Origin: Heptranchias perlo
Taxonomy: Eukaryota
Direction of reading: 5' to 3'
NCBI RefSeq assembly: GCF_035084215.1
Contig: NC_090364.1
Location: 4,402,001-4,466,000 of the forward strand
DNA length: 64,000 nucleotides
Below the pieces are notes generated by a model that was not told the DNA's origin, did no database searches, and worked only from the letters and a program-made list of their open reading frames with translations. Positions 43,483 to 56,239 of the stretch are shown piece after piece (position 1 is the first letter of the stretch; each line of letters starts with the position of its first letter). The position numbers and the translations under genes are program-made.

Positions 43483-46400
43483 ATTGACTGCAGGGTTATA
43501 GCCTATTGTTTATGTCGTCTTGAGACTGCCCATCCTTGACTGAATGATGATTTGTGACTTTGTAGAGAGCTGAGAGTGCTGGGCCCTTGATGTGGAATGT
43601 GGTAGTAACTGTCAATAAACAGTGAACACTGGACTGGTTTTGTTTCCTTGTTAAGAGCTTGAGCTGTTGCTTATTTATCAGAAACATAATTTGCTTTACA
43701 TCTAAGAACAACTACATTATGTGCCTGAGTGCAAACAGCCCAATGAGATGTTTGATCAGGTGAGCAAAAGGTCGGTTTTAGGAGGGAGGCAGAGATTGAG
43801 GGTAAATGCCAAAGCTTAGGACTGAGGTCGCTGTATACAAGTAACTGTTCCCATTGGTGGTGAATATCCTCTCTCCCCTGTCTGTAAATGTTAACTCTCT
43901 ACTACCCCCCCTGCCAATATTTGTGTGGGTGACTTTTTTTTCTCTTTTGTTAAACCACAATGCCAGTGAAATAGTATTGCACCATTTCAGTGCAATAGCC
44001 AACCTGTAAGAATGGTATCTGCCCTGGGAATAGCAGTTCACGGTTTGATTAAAAAGTCAAATGCTATAGATCCTCAGTTAATTTGGGGAGCTCACTAAAC
44101 CAAACTCATCACTGCTGCAATAGACTTTCTGAAGGTTTGTGAGCAAAGCAGCACATGATGGCTCTAGAGTACCAGTAATGTTGCAGTTCATTGTGAGCTT
44201 CCTGAACTCATGGCATAAAAGGGCTTGATGTGAGTGAGCAATCAACAGCAATTAGTCTCTTGTGTGTATTCTGGGGGTGGAGAATCTTTTTCCTTTTTTT
44301 AAACCCCCTCCACCCCCAATCCTGCCTATTTAAGATCTTCTGTGAACAAGAATTTGGGTGAGGTACTGGAGGGAGAATTATTCCTCTGGAACTGAATTCA
44401 AGCAAAATGTAATCATTCAGGAAGGAGCAAATATTTCCATAAATGCACATCTTAAAACAGTTAAATATCACTAGGTCTCGGTGGGGGGTTAACTTCCAGC
44501 ACCCCCACTGTTCCATTACTTCATAAACCCAATAAAATCAATTCCTTCATGAATTGAACAATTTGCCTTTAGTTCCATTGTGCATTTCATTCCAAATCCT
44601 ATTGGTTCTCAATTTGTCTCTTTCACCTCTATGAATGGATTCAAATGTCGATGCTGTAATTATCCAGTGTTTACAAGTGAAGTTTAGGAACTTAGTTGTG
44701 AACTGTACTGGCTGTGATGGAATTGCAGTCTTCGGTTATTCCATGTTCATGTCTTTGCTTCTCCCACTTGCACTTTTGGGGGATCAATGTCATCCCATTT
44801 CATATGTTGCTGAGCCACAATTGTACAAGTGGGTGTGGATTTGTTCGGTTTTATGACTTCATATTTCAGACTAAAAGTCCTCAGCTCACTCTGTGCTGAA
44901 CCTGGATGTGGATCAGCTGCAAACATTCCCCACACTGAGGTCACAACTGGGCTAATGGGGGTTAACTGTTTACACCTCAAAGCAAAATAAGGTCAATGTT
45001 CACCTCACTCTGTGTTGATATGTTTCCTGCAGTCTGATTACAATGAAGAATAGCTCTGGTAGCAGCTTCCCCTGGTGATGGGCTAGAAAATACATGTTTG
45101 TTCTTCTGGAAGAGGAATTTCTGTGTTTACATTCAAAGGGATTGTGTGATGGGGGAAATAGTTTTATTCCAAGGGAACACATCTCATCACCTAATCCAGG
45201 ACTGGAAACCTCAACCATTTTGCAATAAAACCAGATGTCAAGACTTTGGATCTCAGAGAAATACCAATATGATGAGCCAGACTGTTGGAGAACATCAGAA
45301 TCTCATCATTTCAATCAGATTCAAATACTCTTTAGCCTCACTGAAAGCTGACCATAAAAGGACTCATCTAATATGCTGGAGGACATAGAAAGAAAGAATT
45401 GCATTGAAATAGTGTCTTTAATGACCTCAGGACATCCCAAAGTGCTTTACAGCCAATTAAGTACTTTTGAAGTGTAGTCCCTGTTGTAATGTGGGAAAAG
45501 CATCAGCCAATTTGCCCACAGCAAGGTCCCACCAAAAGCAATTAAATAATAACCAGATAATCTGTTTTAATTATGTTGGTTGAGGACTAAATATTAGCAC
45601 GGACACCACAAAGTACTCCCCTACTCTTGCTCAAAATAGTGCCGTGGGATCTTTTACATCTACCAAAGTGAGTAGACAGGGCCTCAGTTTAATGTCTCCC
45701 TCGGTATTGCACTGAGGTATCAGTCTAGACTTTGTGCTCAAGTTCCTGGAGTGGGACTTGAACCCACAACCTTCTGACTCTGAGGTGAGAGTGCTACCAC
45801 TGAGCCACAGCTGACACAAAAGGAGATGTTTGTGTGGGTGACATTGCATTCAGTAATCTTCACTCCCTCTCATTCTCGCTGAATATCCTGAATTTTACCA
45901 AACAACATTTCATGAGAATCAAAACATCCCACAATGCTTTGCCCAGTTGATGCCCCCATGCTGCCAATCCTCAGACACACCCATTCTCTATATTAGAACT
46001 GGGGACGATTCACACCATCCATGGGATGGAATTTCCATTTCTCTGTCCAATGGTTGGTTTGCAAATTCACTCAAGACTACTTCACTGCTTTGAATATTGT
46101 CTCAACATCACAATTGCTAAGAAGTAATAAACTTGACCAGATTATGGTGAAAATATCAAATTATTCTCAAAAATTCAAAGTTATGATTCCATGACATTTC
46201 AACAAAGAGACACTTTCAGATTTGAGGAAGGTCAATGAGCCCAAAAGCAGTGACATCACCGAGACTCATCACCCAAACCGGCCCCTGTTCCAAAGCTCTG
46301 ATTGGCCTGGGTATCAATCCCTCCCCCGCAGCGCCTCTCCTTTGTTAATTGGTGCCTAGATTCATTGACTATTCCTGATTGGCTATTGGGGATTGTCAAT

Positions 46401-46534
46401 CATCATTGGTGATGTCATTGATTACCTCAATGCAGGCTGTCCCAGGAGTATAAATACAAGAGCTTGTGATGGATGAGGGTAGTTCTGGAACTTTTTGAGT
46501 AATAGTAAAAAGTACTAACACAGAAATAGTAAAG

Positions 46535-48420
<1,886 letters not shown>

Positions 48421-49848
48421 ATTGACTGCAGGGTTATAGCCTATGGTTTAGTATTCCTGTCTTATATATTCTAGTGTGTGAGACCTCCTACTGAATGATT
48501 AATTGTCTGAATTTGTACAGAGCTGAGAGAACTGGGTTCTTGATGTGGCAGTAACTGTAAATAAACAGTTAACATTAGACTAGTTTTTGTTTCCTTTTTC
48601 AAAACTTGAGCTGCTGCTTATTTATCAGTAACACAATTTGCTTTATAACTAACAAGAACTACATTTGGCTGTTTGACACTGAGGCACATAATGAGCTATG
48701 AGGACAGGTGACCAAAAGGTAGGTTTTAAGAAGGGGAGGAAATGCCAAAGCTTAGGATTGAGGCAGCTGCATACAAGTAACTGTTTCCATTAGTGATGAA
48801 TATCCTCTCTCCTGTCCATAAATGTTAATTCTCTCCCCCTCAAAAATATCAGCTGCTGTAACTTTTTTTCTTTTCTGTTGACACCACAATGTTAGTGAGT
48901 TAGTATTGTACCATTTCAGTGCGATGAACAAGCTGTAACAATGGGATCTGTCCTGGGAATAGCAGTTTGGGTTTTTTAAAAAGTAAAATGCTGTCGATTT
49001 TCAGTTACTAATGTGGGGGGAGCTCATTAAACCAAACTCATCACTGCTGCTAGAGACTTTCCAGAGGTTTGTGAGTAAAGCAGCACATAATGGGTCCACA
49101 GCACCACCACTGTCTAAGTTCAATGTGTGAGCCCCTGAACTCATGCAACTAATGGGATTAGACTGGGGTGAGAGGGTGATCAACAACAATTGGCCTCTTA
49201 GGTGGAAGTGTAGATTCTGAAGGTGGAGAATCTTTGCTTTTTTTCTTTCCTTACTACCACCCCCACCTCAAATGCAAAATTCTGTACCTCTTTTTCTCTC
49301 CTCCAACCCCCAATCCTGCCTATTTGAGATCCTCCATGAACAAGAAATTGGATGAGGTACTGGAGGGCGAATAATCCCTCTGGCACTGAACTCAAGCAAA
49401 ATGTAATCTTTCTGGAAGCAGCAAATATTTCATTAAAGGCACATCTTTCAACACCAAGTTAACAACGAGTTTTCCTAGGGGGGGGGGGAACTTCCAGCAC
49501 CCCCGCTGTTCCATTAATTCATAAACCCAATACAATCAACTCCTCCATGAATGTAACAATTTGCCTTTTATCCCATTGTGCATTACATTCCAAATACTCA
49601 CCATCCTTTCCAAATCCTATTGGTTCTCTATTAGTCTCCTTCAAACCTATGAATGGATTCAAATGTTGATGCTGTAGCTGTAATTATCCAATGTTTACAC
49701 GTGAAGTTTAGGAACTTAGTTGTGAACTGCACTGGGTGTGATGGAATTGCAGTCTTCAGTCATTCCACGTTAATGTCTTTGATCCCCCAAAAGTGCTTTT
49801 TGAGAGAAGCAATGTCACCACATTTCATACGTTGCTGAGCCACAATTG

Positions 49849-50265
49849 GAGTTCAGAAGAATGAGAGGCGATCTTATTGAAACATATAAGATTGTGAAGG
49901 GGCTTGATCGGCTGGATGCGGTAAGGATGTTCCCAAGGATGGGTGAAACTAGAACGAGGGGGCATAATCTTAGAATAAGGGGCTGCTCTTTCAAAACTGA
50001 GATGAGGAGAAACTTCTTCACTCAGAGGGTAGTAGGTCTGTGGAATTTGTTGCCTGTGGAAGCTACATCATTAAATAAATTTAAAACAGAAATAGACAGT
50101 TTCCTAGAAGTAAAGGGAATTACGGTTTACGGGGAGCGGGCAGGAAATTGGACATGAATTTAGATTTGAGGTTAGGATCAGATCAGCCATGATCTTATTG
50201 AATGGCGGAGCAGGCTCGAGGGGTTGATTGGCCCAGTCCTGCTCCTATTTATTATGTTCTTATGT
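49849..50265 (+). mobile_element. 5'-truncated CR1-type LINE with 5-bp TSD
   Basis: EFRRMRGDLIETYKIVKGLDRLD..RNFFTQRVV, TTATGTTCTTATGT tail, AATTG at 49844-49848 and 50266-50270. Empty site CACAATTGTACAAG at ~44816. Confidence 0.9.
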
Positions 50266-51717
50266 AATTGTACAAGTGGGTGTGGATTTGTTGATGAGTT
50301 TAATGACTTCATATTTCAGATGAAAAGTCTTCAGCTCACTCTGTGCTGAACCTGGATGTGGATCAGCTGCAAACATTCCCCACACTGAGGTCACAACTGG
50401 GCTAATGGGGGTTAACTGTTTACACCTCAAAGCAAAATAAGGTCAATGTTCACCTCACTCTGTGCTGATATGTTTCCTACAGTCTGATTACAATGAAGAA
50501 TAGCTCTGGTAGCAGCTTCCCCTGGTGATGGGCTAGAAAATACATGTTTGTTCTTCTGGAAGAGGAATTTCTGTGTTTACATTCAAAGGGATTGTGTGAT
50601 GGGGAAACAGTTTTATTCCAAGGGAACCCATCTTATCACTTCATCCAGGACTGAAAATCTCAACTATTTTCAATAAAACCAGATGTCAAGACTTTGGATC
50701 TCAAAAAGAAATACCAATGTGATGAGCCAGACTGTTGGAGCACATCAGAGTCTCATCATTTCAATTAGATTCAAATATTCTTTAGCCTCATTGAAAGCTG
50801 ATCATAAAAGGACTCATCCAACATGCCAGAGGACACAAAGAAAGAATTGCATTGATATAGTGACATTCATGACCTCAGGACATCCCAAAGTGCTTTACAG
50901 ACAATTAAGTACTTTTGAAGTGTAGTCCCTGTTGTAATGTGGGAAAAGCATCGGCCAATTTGCCCACAGCAAGGTCCCACCAATAGCAATTAAATAATAA
51001 CTAGATAATCTGCTTAAATTAGGTTGGCTGAGGAATAAATATTCGGAAGGACACCACAAACCACTCCCCTACTCTTGCTCGAAGTAGTGCCATGGGATCC
51101 TTTACATCCACCAAAGTGAGCAGACAGGTCCTCAGTTTAATGTCTCCCTCGGTGTTGCACTGAGGTATCAGTCTAGACTTTGTGCTCAATTCCCTGGAGT
51201 GGGACTTGAACCCACAACCTTCTGACTCTGAGGTGAGAGTGCTGCCACTGAGCCACAGCTGACACAAATGGAGATGTTTGTGTGGGTGACATTGCATTCA
51301 GTAATCTTCACTCCCTCTCATTCTCGCTGAATATCCTGAATTTTACCAAACAACATTTCATGAGAATCAAACATAAAAATGACACATCCCACAATGCTTT
51401 GCCCAGTTGATGCCCCCATGCTGCCAATCCTCAGACACACCCATTCTCTATATTAGAACTGGGGACGATTCACACCATCCATGGGATGGAATTTCCATTT
51501 CTCTGTCCAAGATTTGGTTTGCAAATTCACTCAAGACGACTTGATTGCGTTGAATATTGTCTCATCATCACTGTTACTTGCAAGTAATAAACTTGACCAG
51601 ATTATGAAAAGCCACTTCAGTGAAAATATCAAATTATTATCAAATAATTCAAAGTTGTGATTCTGAGAGATTTATACAAAGAGGCACTATGAGGGAGGTC
51701 AAAGAACCCAAAAAGCA

Positions 51718-52035
51718 CCAAAGGCGACCATCCACAGGTACAAGACGGACACGGCCTGTGGGGGCGGTCGCTCCGACTCTCGTCCGCAGCATTCTCTGCG
51801 CCCACTTGGCCCTGGAGAAGAGCATTCCGTGTCTGCCGTTATGGTTGAGGCTTTCCGCGACTGGTGGGAGCAGCAGGGACTGGAGCGAATCCTCGACTCT
51901 CACAATAAAGTTATAATTTGATTCTGGTTTTGTTTGATATCGTGATAAAGAAATCAAGATGTCCAAAAAAAAATACAGGTGACACTGGGTCTCAAGACAG
52001 TTACACAAGTGCCCCATCTTAGAATTATTTTCGTC
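51718..52035 (+). mobile_element. Tx1-like 3' relic upstream of unit 11
   Basis: Near-identical to 41054-41371. Confidence 0.8.
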
Positions 52036-52045
52036 CAAAAAAAAA

Positions 52046-52159
52046 GATATCACCGAGACCAATCACCCAAACCAGCCTGCATTCCAAAGCTCTGATTGGC
52101 TCTGGGTATCAACCTCTCCTCCACCACACCCCTGTCCTTTGTTAATTGGTGCCTGGATT
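52046..52159 (+). promoter_or_regulatory. Distal half of the ferritin promoter of unit 11, interrupted by retrotransposon insertion
   Basis: Matches ~41386-41499 up to GGTGCCTGGATT, then switches to poly-T. Confidence 0.9.
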
Positions 52160-52304
52160 TTTTTTTTTTTTTTTTTTTTTTTTTCCTTTCTTTTTTCTTT
52201 TTTTTTTTCTCTTTTTTTTTTAATTATTAGGCCCCCCTTTTATAAGAAGGGGGGGTGTGGGGTGTGCTTAAATACTAAAAACCAAATAAACCAAAACCAA
52301 GTGT

Positions 52305-55300
52305 TCAAATTAAAATTTTATTATCCTCGTCCAGGATGCACTCCAGCCCCTGCGGTGCCCACCGGCCGCGGAAAGCCTCGAGCGTACCGGCAGACACCGC
52401 GTGCTCCATCTCCAGGGCCACCCGGGCGCGGAGCATTCCGCGGAAGAGAGGCAGACAGGCCGAGCGACCGCCCCCACGGACCACGATCATCCTAGACCTG
52501 TGGATGGCCACCTTGGACAGGCCCAGGAGCAGGCCCACGAGAACGTCCACCGACCTGCCCGCCCCCCTCCTCACCGGGCGGCCAAAGATCAGGAGCGTGG
52601 GACTGAAATGCAGCCAGAACTTGAGGAGCAGCCCCTTCAAATAATGGAACAGGGGCTGCAGTCTCGCACACCCAGTGTACAGATGGAACACGGACTCCTC
52701 CAGGCCGCAGAAATCACACGCGGCCTGGGTGTCCGTGAAATGGCGTAACCGCCGGTTGCACGCGACTGCTCCGTGCGCCACCCTCCACCCCAGATCCCCA
52801 AAGTAACACGGGAGGACCCCTGTATAGAGAGCCTCCCAATGGGGACCCCCGTCTCCGCCGGACGGCAGGCTGGCACGCCAGGGCGTGTCCGGCCGAGAGA
52901 CGAGGGCGAGGAAGTGGATGGTGTGCAGGAGCAGCCCGTACAGGAAATCCCTCCGCGCGGTGTGAAACGGCACGGAGGGAATTTCCGAGAGACGACTCAA
53001 GTTGTGAGGCGCGGCCCCCCGAGGGAGGTTCCGGGGTTTGGCGCCGAGGAGGAATTCCGTCCGAACGGGGGTCAGGTCGGACGGGATGGCTCCGCACGCC
53101 TGAGCCGCCTCCACATCCCGAGTGGAGTCAGGGCCGAGCGCCGATTTCAACGCCCGGATGGCGATGGCCGCGTCCCCGGCACGCCACGAGGACATCCGTG
53201 CGGCGAGCGCCCACGGCTCCAACCAACCCGACCCACCGCCATCCAGGACGTCCCTGACTCTGGTCACCCGACCGGCCACGGCCCTCCGCACCGACAGCCG
53301 CGAGCGGCCGAAGCCGATATCGCGGAGGAACGGATTCCCGAGCAGCGGCTCCTGCAGGACGGCCGCTACCCCTGACGGGCGAGAGCTCCGACCGGAGGCG
53401 ACCATGTTCCAGACCCTGAGCAGATCCTGGTAAAAGACAGGCAGCTCCTGCAAAGACGTGCGGCCGCCCACCAGCGAGATGAACAGGAGCTGCGTGTCGT
53501 AGTTCAGGCCGTGCAGCTGGCGGAAAAAATACGTCGCCAGCGCACGCCATCTAAGAGGACGCTCAACGTACAGGTATCGCCGCAGCGTCCGAAGGCGGAA
53601 AGTTGCCACCTGGGTGCGGACGCACACCAGCCCCTGACCGCCCTCCCTAAGCGGGAGACTCAGGACCGCGGCAGCGACCCAGTGTATCCCTCTGGCCCAG
53701 AAGAAGTCGACAAACTTCTTCTGAATCTTGGCGACAAACTCAGGGGGGGGGGTCAAAGTGACCAACCGGTACCACAACATGGCGGCCACCAGCTGGTTTA
53801 TGACCAGCACACGACCCCTGTAGGATAACACTCGGAGCAGTCCTGTCCAGCGCGCCAGGCGAGCGGCGACCTTGGCCTCCAGCTCTTCCCAGTTCGCCGG
53901 CCAGGCTTCCTCGGCAGGGCCGAGGTAGACTCCCAGGTACCGGAGGTGCGTGGTACTCCAGGCGAAAGGCCAGAGCTCCTCCGGCAGGGAGTCCACCCGC
54001 CACTGACCCACCAGGAGTCCGGAACATTTCTCCCAGTTGATCCTTGCGGAAGACGCCGCAGAGTAGACCTCTTGGCACTCGCGCATCCTCCGCAAGTCAA
54101 GGGGATCCGTGACCACGAGGAGCACGTCGTCGGCGTAAGCCGAAAGGACGACCTCCACGTCCGGCTCGCGCAGAGCCAGTCCCGACAACCTCTTGCGCAA
54201 GAGGCGCAGGAAAGGCTCCACGCAGACGGCGTATAATTGGCCGGACATGGGGCACCCCTGACGCACTCCTCTCCCGAAGCGAAGGGGCGCCGTCAAGGAT
54301 CCGTTAACCTTAATCAGACACTCCGCGGCGGCGTACAGAAGTCGGATCCGGGCGACGAAATGCGACCCGAACCCGAAAGCGCGCAGAGTCCCGAATAGAT
54401 ACTCGTGATCCACCCTGTCGAACGCCTTCTCCTGATCTAAGGAAAGGAAGGCGACCGACAGACCAGCCCTCTGGGAATGGTGGATCAGGTCCCGGACCAG
54501 ATGGATGTTATCGTGGATCTTCCGGCCCGGGACCGTGTAGGACTGGTCGGGGTGGATCATGTGGGCCAGCACGGTGCCCAGGCGAGCAGACATCGCCTTG
54601 GCAAAGACCTTATAATCCGTGCTGAGGAGGGAGACCGGGCGCCAGTTTTTAAGGTTGCGGAGATCCCCCTTCTTAGGCAGCAGGACCACGACCGCCCTGC
54701 GCCACGAAAGGGGCATCTCCCCGGTCGCCAGACATTCCCCCAGGACCCGCGCGTAGTCGCCCCCCAGGACGTCCCAGAAGGCCCTGAGGAACTCCACGGT
54801 CAGCCCGTCCAGCCCCGGGGACTTGCCCCTGGAGAGCTGGTGGAGGGCGCCGGTCAGCTCCGCCAAACTGAGCGGAGCGTCCAGACGCTCGGCGTCCTCC
54901 GGGCCGACCTTCGGCAAGTCCTCCCACAAAACTCTGCGCGCCTCCTCGCTGGACGGATCCGGAGAGAACAGAGCCTCGTAGAAAGATCGAGCCCGGGCCC
55001 TGACTCCCTCCGGGTCCGAGACGAGGGACCCGTCGTCGGCCAGCAGTGTAAGGAGCTGCTTACGAGCCCCCCGCCGCTTTTCCAGCGAGTAGAAGAAGGG
55101 AGAGCCGCGGTCCAGGTCCCGCAGGAGCTGGAGCCGCGACCTCACGTACGCTCCTCGGGACCCGACCAGTTGCAGGTCCCTCAGAGCGTCCTTCCTCTCC
55201 TCGTACACCTGCCGCAGGGCCGGATCCTCGGCGGCCTGACCGAGACGGGACTCCAGGCCAAGCACCTCCTGCTCCAACCGCCTGACCTCGGACTCCCGCC

Positions 55301-56210
55301 TCTTAGTCGACCCCCTCGCGTACTCTTGACAGAAGAGGCGGACGTGAGCCTTGCCCACGTCCCACCATAGCCTCAAGGAGGAGAAGCCTCCCCGCTTCCC
55401 TCTCCAGTCGCTCCAGAACAGACGGAACGAGTCCCGGAACCGCGCGTCCTCCAGCAGCCGGTTGTTAAAGTGCCAGTACGCGGACCCCGAACGGGCGCGG
55501 AGCAGAGCGAGCTCCATCCACACCAGGTGGTGGTCCGAGCACGACACCGGCCGGATGGAGGCCGACGGGACGCAGGAGGCGTACGCCCGCGAAACGTACA
55601 GGCGGTCGATTCTGGTGCTCCCCCCTCCGGCCCTCACAAAGGTGAACTGGCCGGAGTCGGGATGGAGATTCCGCCAGACGTCCACCAAGTCGAAGGACCC
55701 GACCAGGTCCCTCAACTTCTCCGTCGCCGTTCGGGCACGCGCGGGACCGGAGCGGTCCCTCGCCTCGAGGGTACGGTTAAAATCCCCCCCGAGGATAATG
55801 CACTCGCCGGCGTCGACGGAGTTTAGGTAAGTGGACACTTCTTCAAAGAAGCTCACTTGCTCGCCCTCGGACCAGGGGGCGTACACGTTCACCAGGTGAA
55901 GCGGCACGTCCCCGTGGCGAAGGGCTACGTGGAGCAAGCGGCCCGGCACCGGCTCCTTGACCCCCAAGATCTCCGGCTGAAAAGTCGGGGCCAACAAGAT
56001 GGCCACCCCGCTCGAAACGCTGGCGAGGTGACTCAAGTAGACCCCCCCTCCCCATTCCAGGATCCACGTGGCCTCGTCTCCCGGAACGGTGTGGGTTTCC
56101 TGCAGAAAGCACACCGCATACTTCCCATCCCGCAGGACCGAGAACTTGTCAAATCTACGGCGGGCGTCTCTGCCGCCGTTGATGTTGAGGCTGGCTATGG
56201 TTATCTCCAT
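52305..56210 (-). CDS. Tx1-like ORF2: APE endonuclease, reverse transcriptase and C-terminal zinc finger (1301 aa from MEITIASLN)
   Basis: APE motifs SLNING, LQETH, GGDFN, RIDR, SDH. RT motifs KSPGLDG, NWRPVSLL, LDQEKAFD, GVRQGCP, YADD, YLGV. C-terminal CDFC..ESVFHLYTGC. Confidence 0.95.
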   Translation of the reverse strand: MEITIASLNINGGRDARRRFDKFSVLRDGKYAVCFLQETHTVPGDEATWILEWGGGVYLSHLASVSSGVAILLAPTFQPEILGVKEPVPGRLLHVALRHGDVPLHLVNVYAPWSEGEQVSFFEEVSTYLNSVDAGECIILGGDFNRTLEARDRSGPARARTATEKLRDLVGSFDLVDVWRNLHPDSGQFTFVRAGGGSTRIDRLYVSRAYASCVPSASIRPVSCSDHHLVWMELALLRARSGSAYWHFNNRLLEDARFRDSFRLFWSDWRGKRGGFSSLRLWWDVGKAHVRLFCQEYARGSTKRRESEVRRLEQEVLGLESRLGQAAEDPALRQVYEERKDALRDLQLVGSRGAYVRSRLQLLRDLDRGSPFFYSLEKRRGARKQLLTLLADDGSLVSDPEGVRARARSFYEALFSPDPSSEEARRVLWEDLPKVGPEDAERLDAPLSLAELTGALHQLSRGKSPGLDGLTVEFLRAFWDVLGGDYARVLGECLATGEMPLSWRRAVVVLLPKKGDLRNLKNWRPVSLLSTDYKVFAKAMSARLGTVLAHMIHPDQSYTVPGRKIHDNIHLVRDLIHHSQRAGLSVAFLSLDQEKAFDRVDHEYLFGTLRAFGFGSHFVARIRLLYAAAECLIKVNGSLTAPLRFGRGVRQGCPMSGQLYAVCVEPFLRLLRKRLSGLALREPDVEVVLSAYADDVLLVVTDPLDLRRMRECQEVYSAASSARINWEKCSGLLVGQWRVDSLPEELWPFAWSTTHLRYLGVYLGPAEEAWPANWEELEAKVAARLARWTGLLRVLSYRGRVLVINQLVAAMLWYRLVTLTPPPEFVAKIQKKFVDFFWARGIHWVAAAVLSLPLREGGQGLVCVRTQVATFRLRTLRRYLYVERPLRWRALATYFFRQLHGLNYDTQLLFISLVGGRTSLQELPVFYQDLLRVWNMVASGRSSRPSGVAAVLQEPLLGNPFLRDIGFGRSRLSVRRAVAGRVTRVRDVLDGGGSGWLEPWALAARMSSWRAGDAAIAIRALKSALGPDSTRDVEAAQACGAIPSDLTPVRTEFLLGAKPRNLPRGAAPHNLSRLSEIPSVPFHTARRDFLYGLLLHTIHFLALVSRPDTPWRASLPSGGDGGPHWEALYTGVLPCYFGDLGWRVAHGAVACNRRLRHFTDTQAACDFCGLEESVFHLYTGCARLQPLFHYLKGLLLKFWLHFSPTLLIFGRPVRRGAGRSVDVLVGLLLGLSKVAIHRSRMIVVRGGGRSACLPLFRGMLRARVALEMEHAVSAGTLEAFRGRWAPQGLECILDEDNKILI

Positions 56211-56239
56211 GGCAAGAGCACAGCGCAACCTACTTAAAG

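Noticed and set aside
45045-45400. Block shared by the spacers before units 10 and 11 (also ~50500-50850) as a coding exon
   Set aside because: The frames I translated are short or interrupted by stops, with no recognisable motif.
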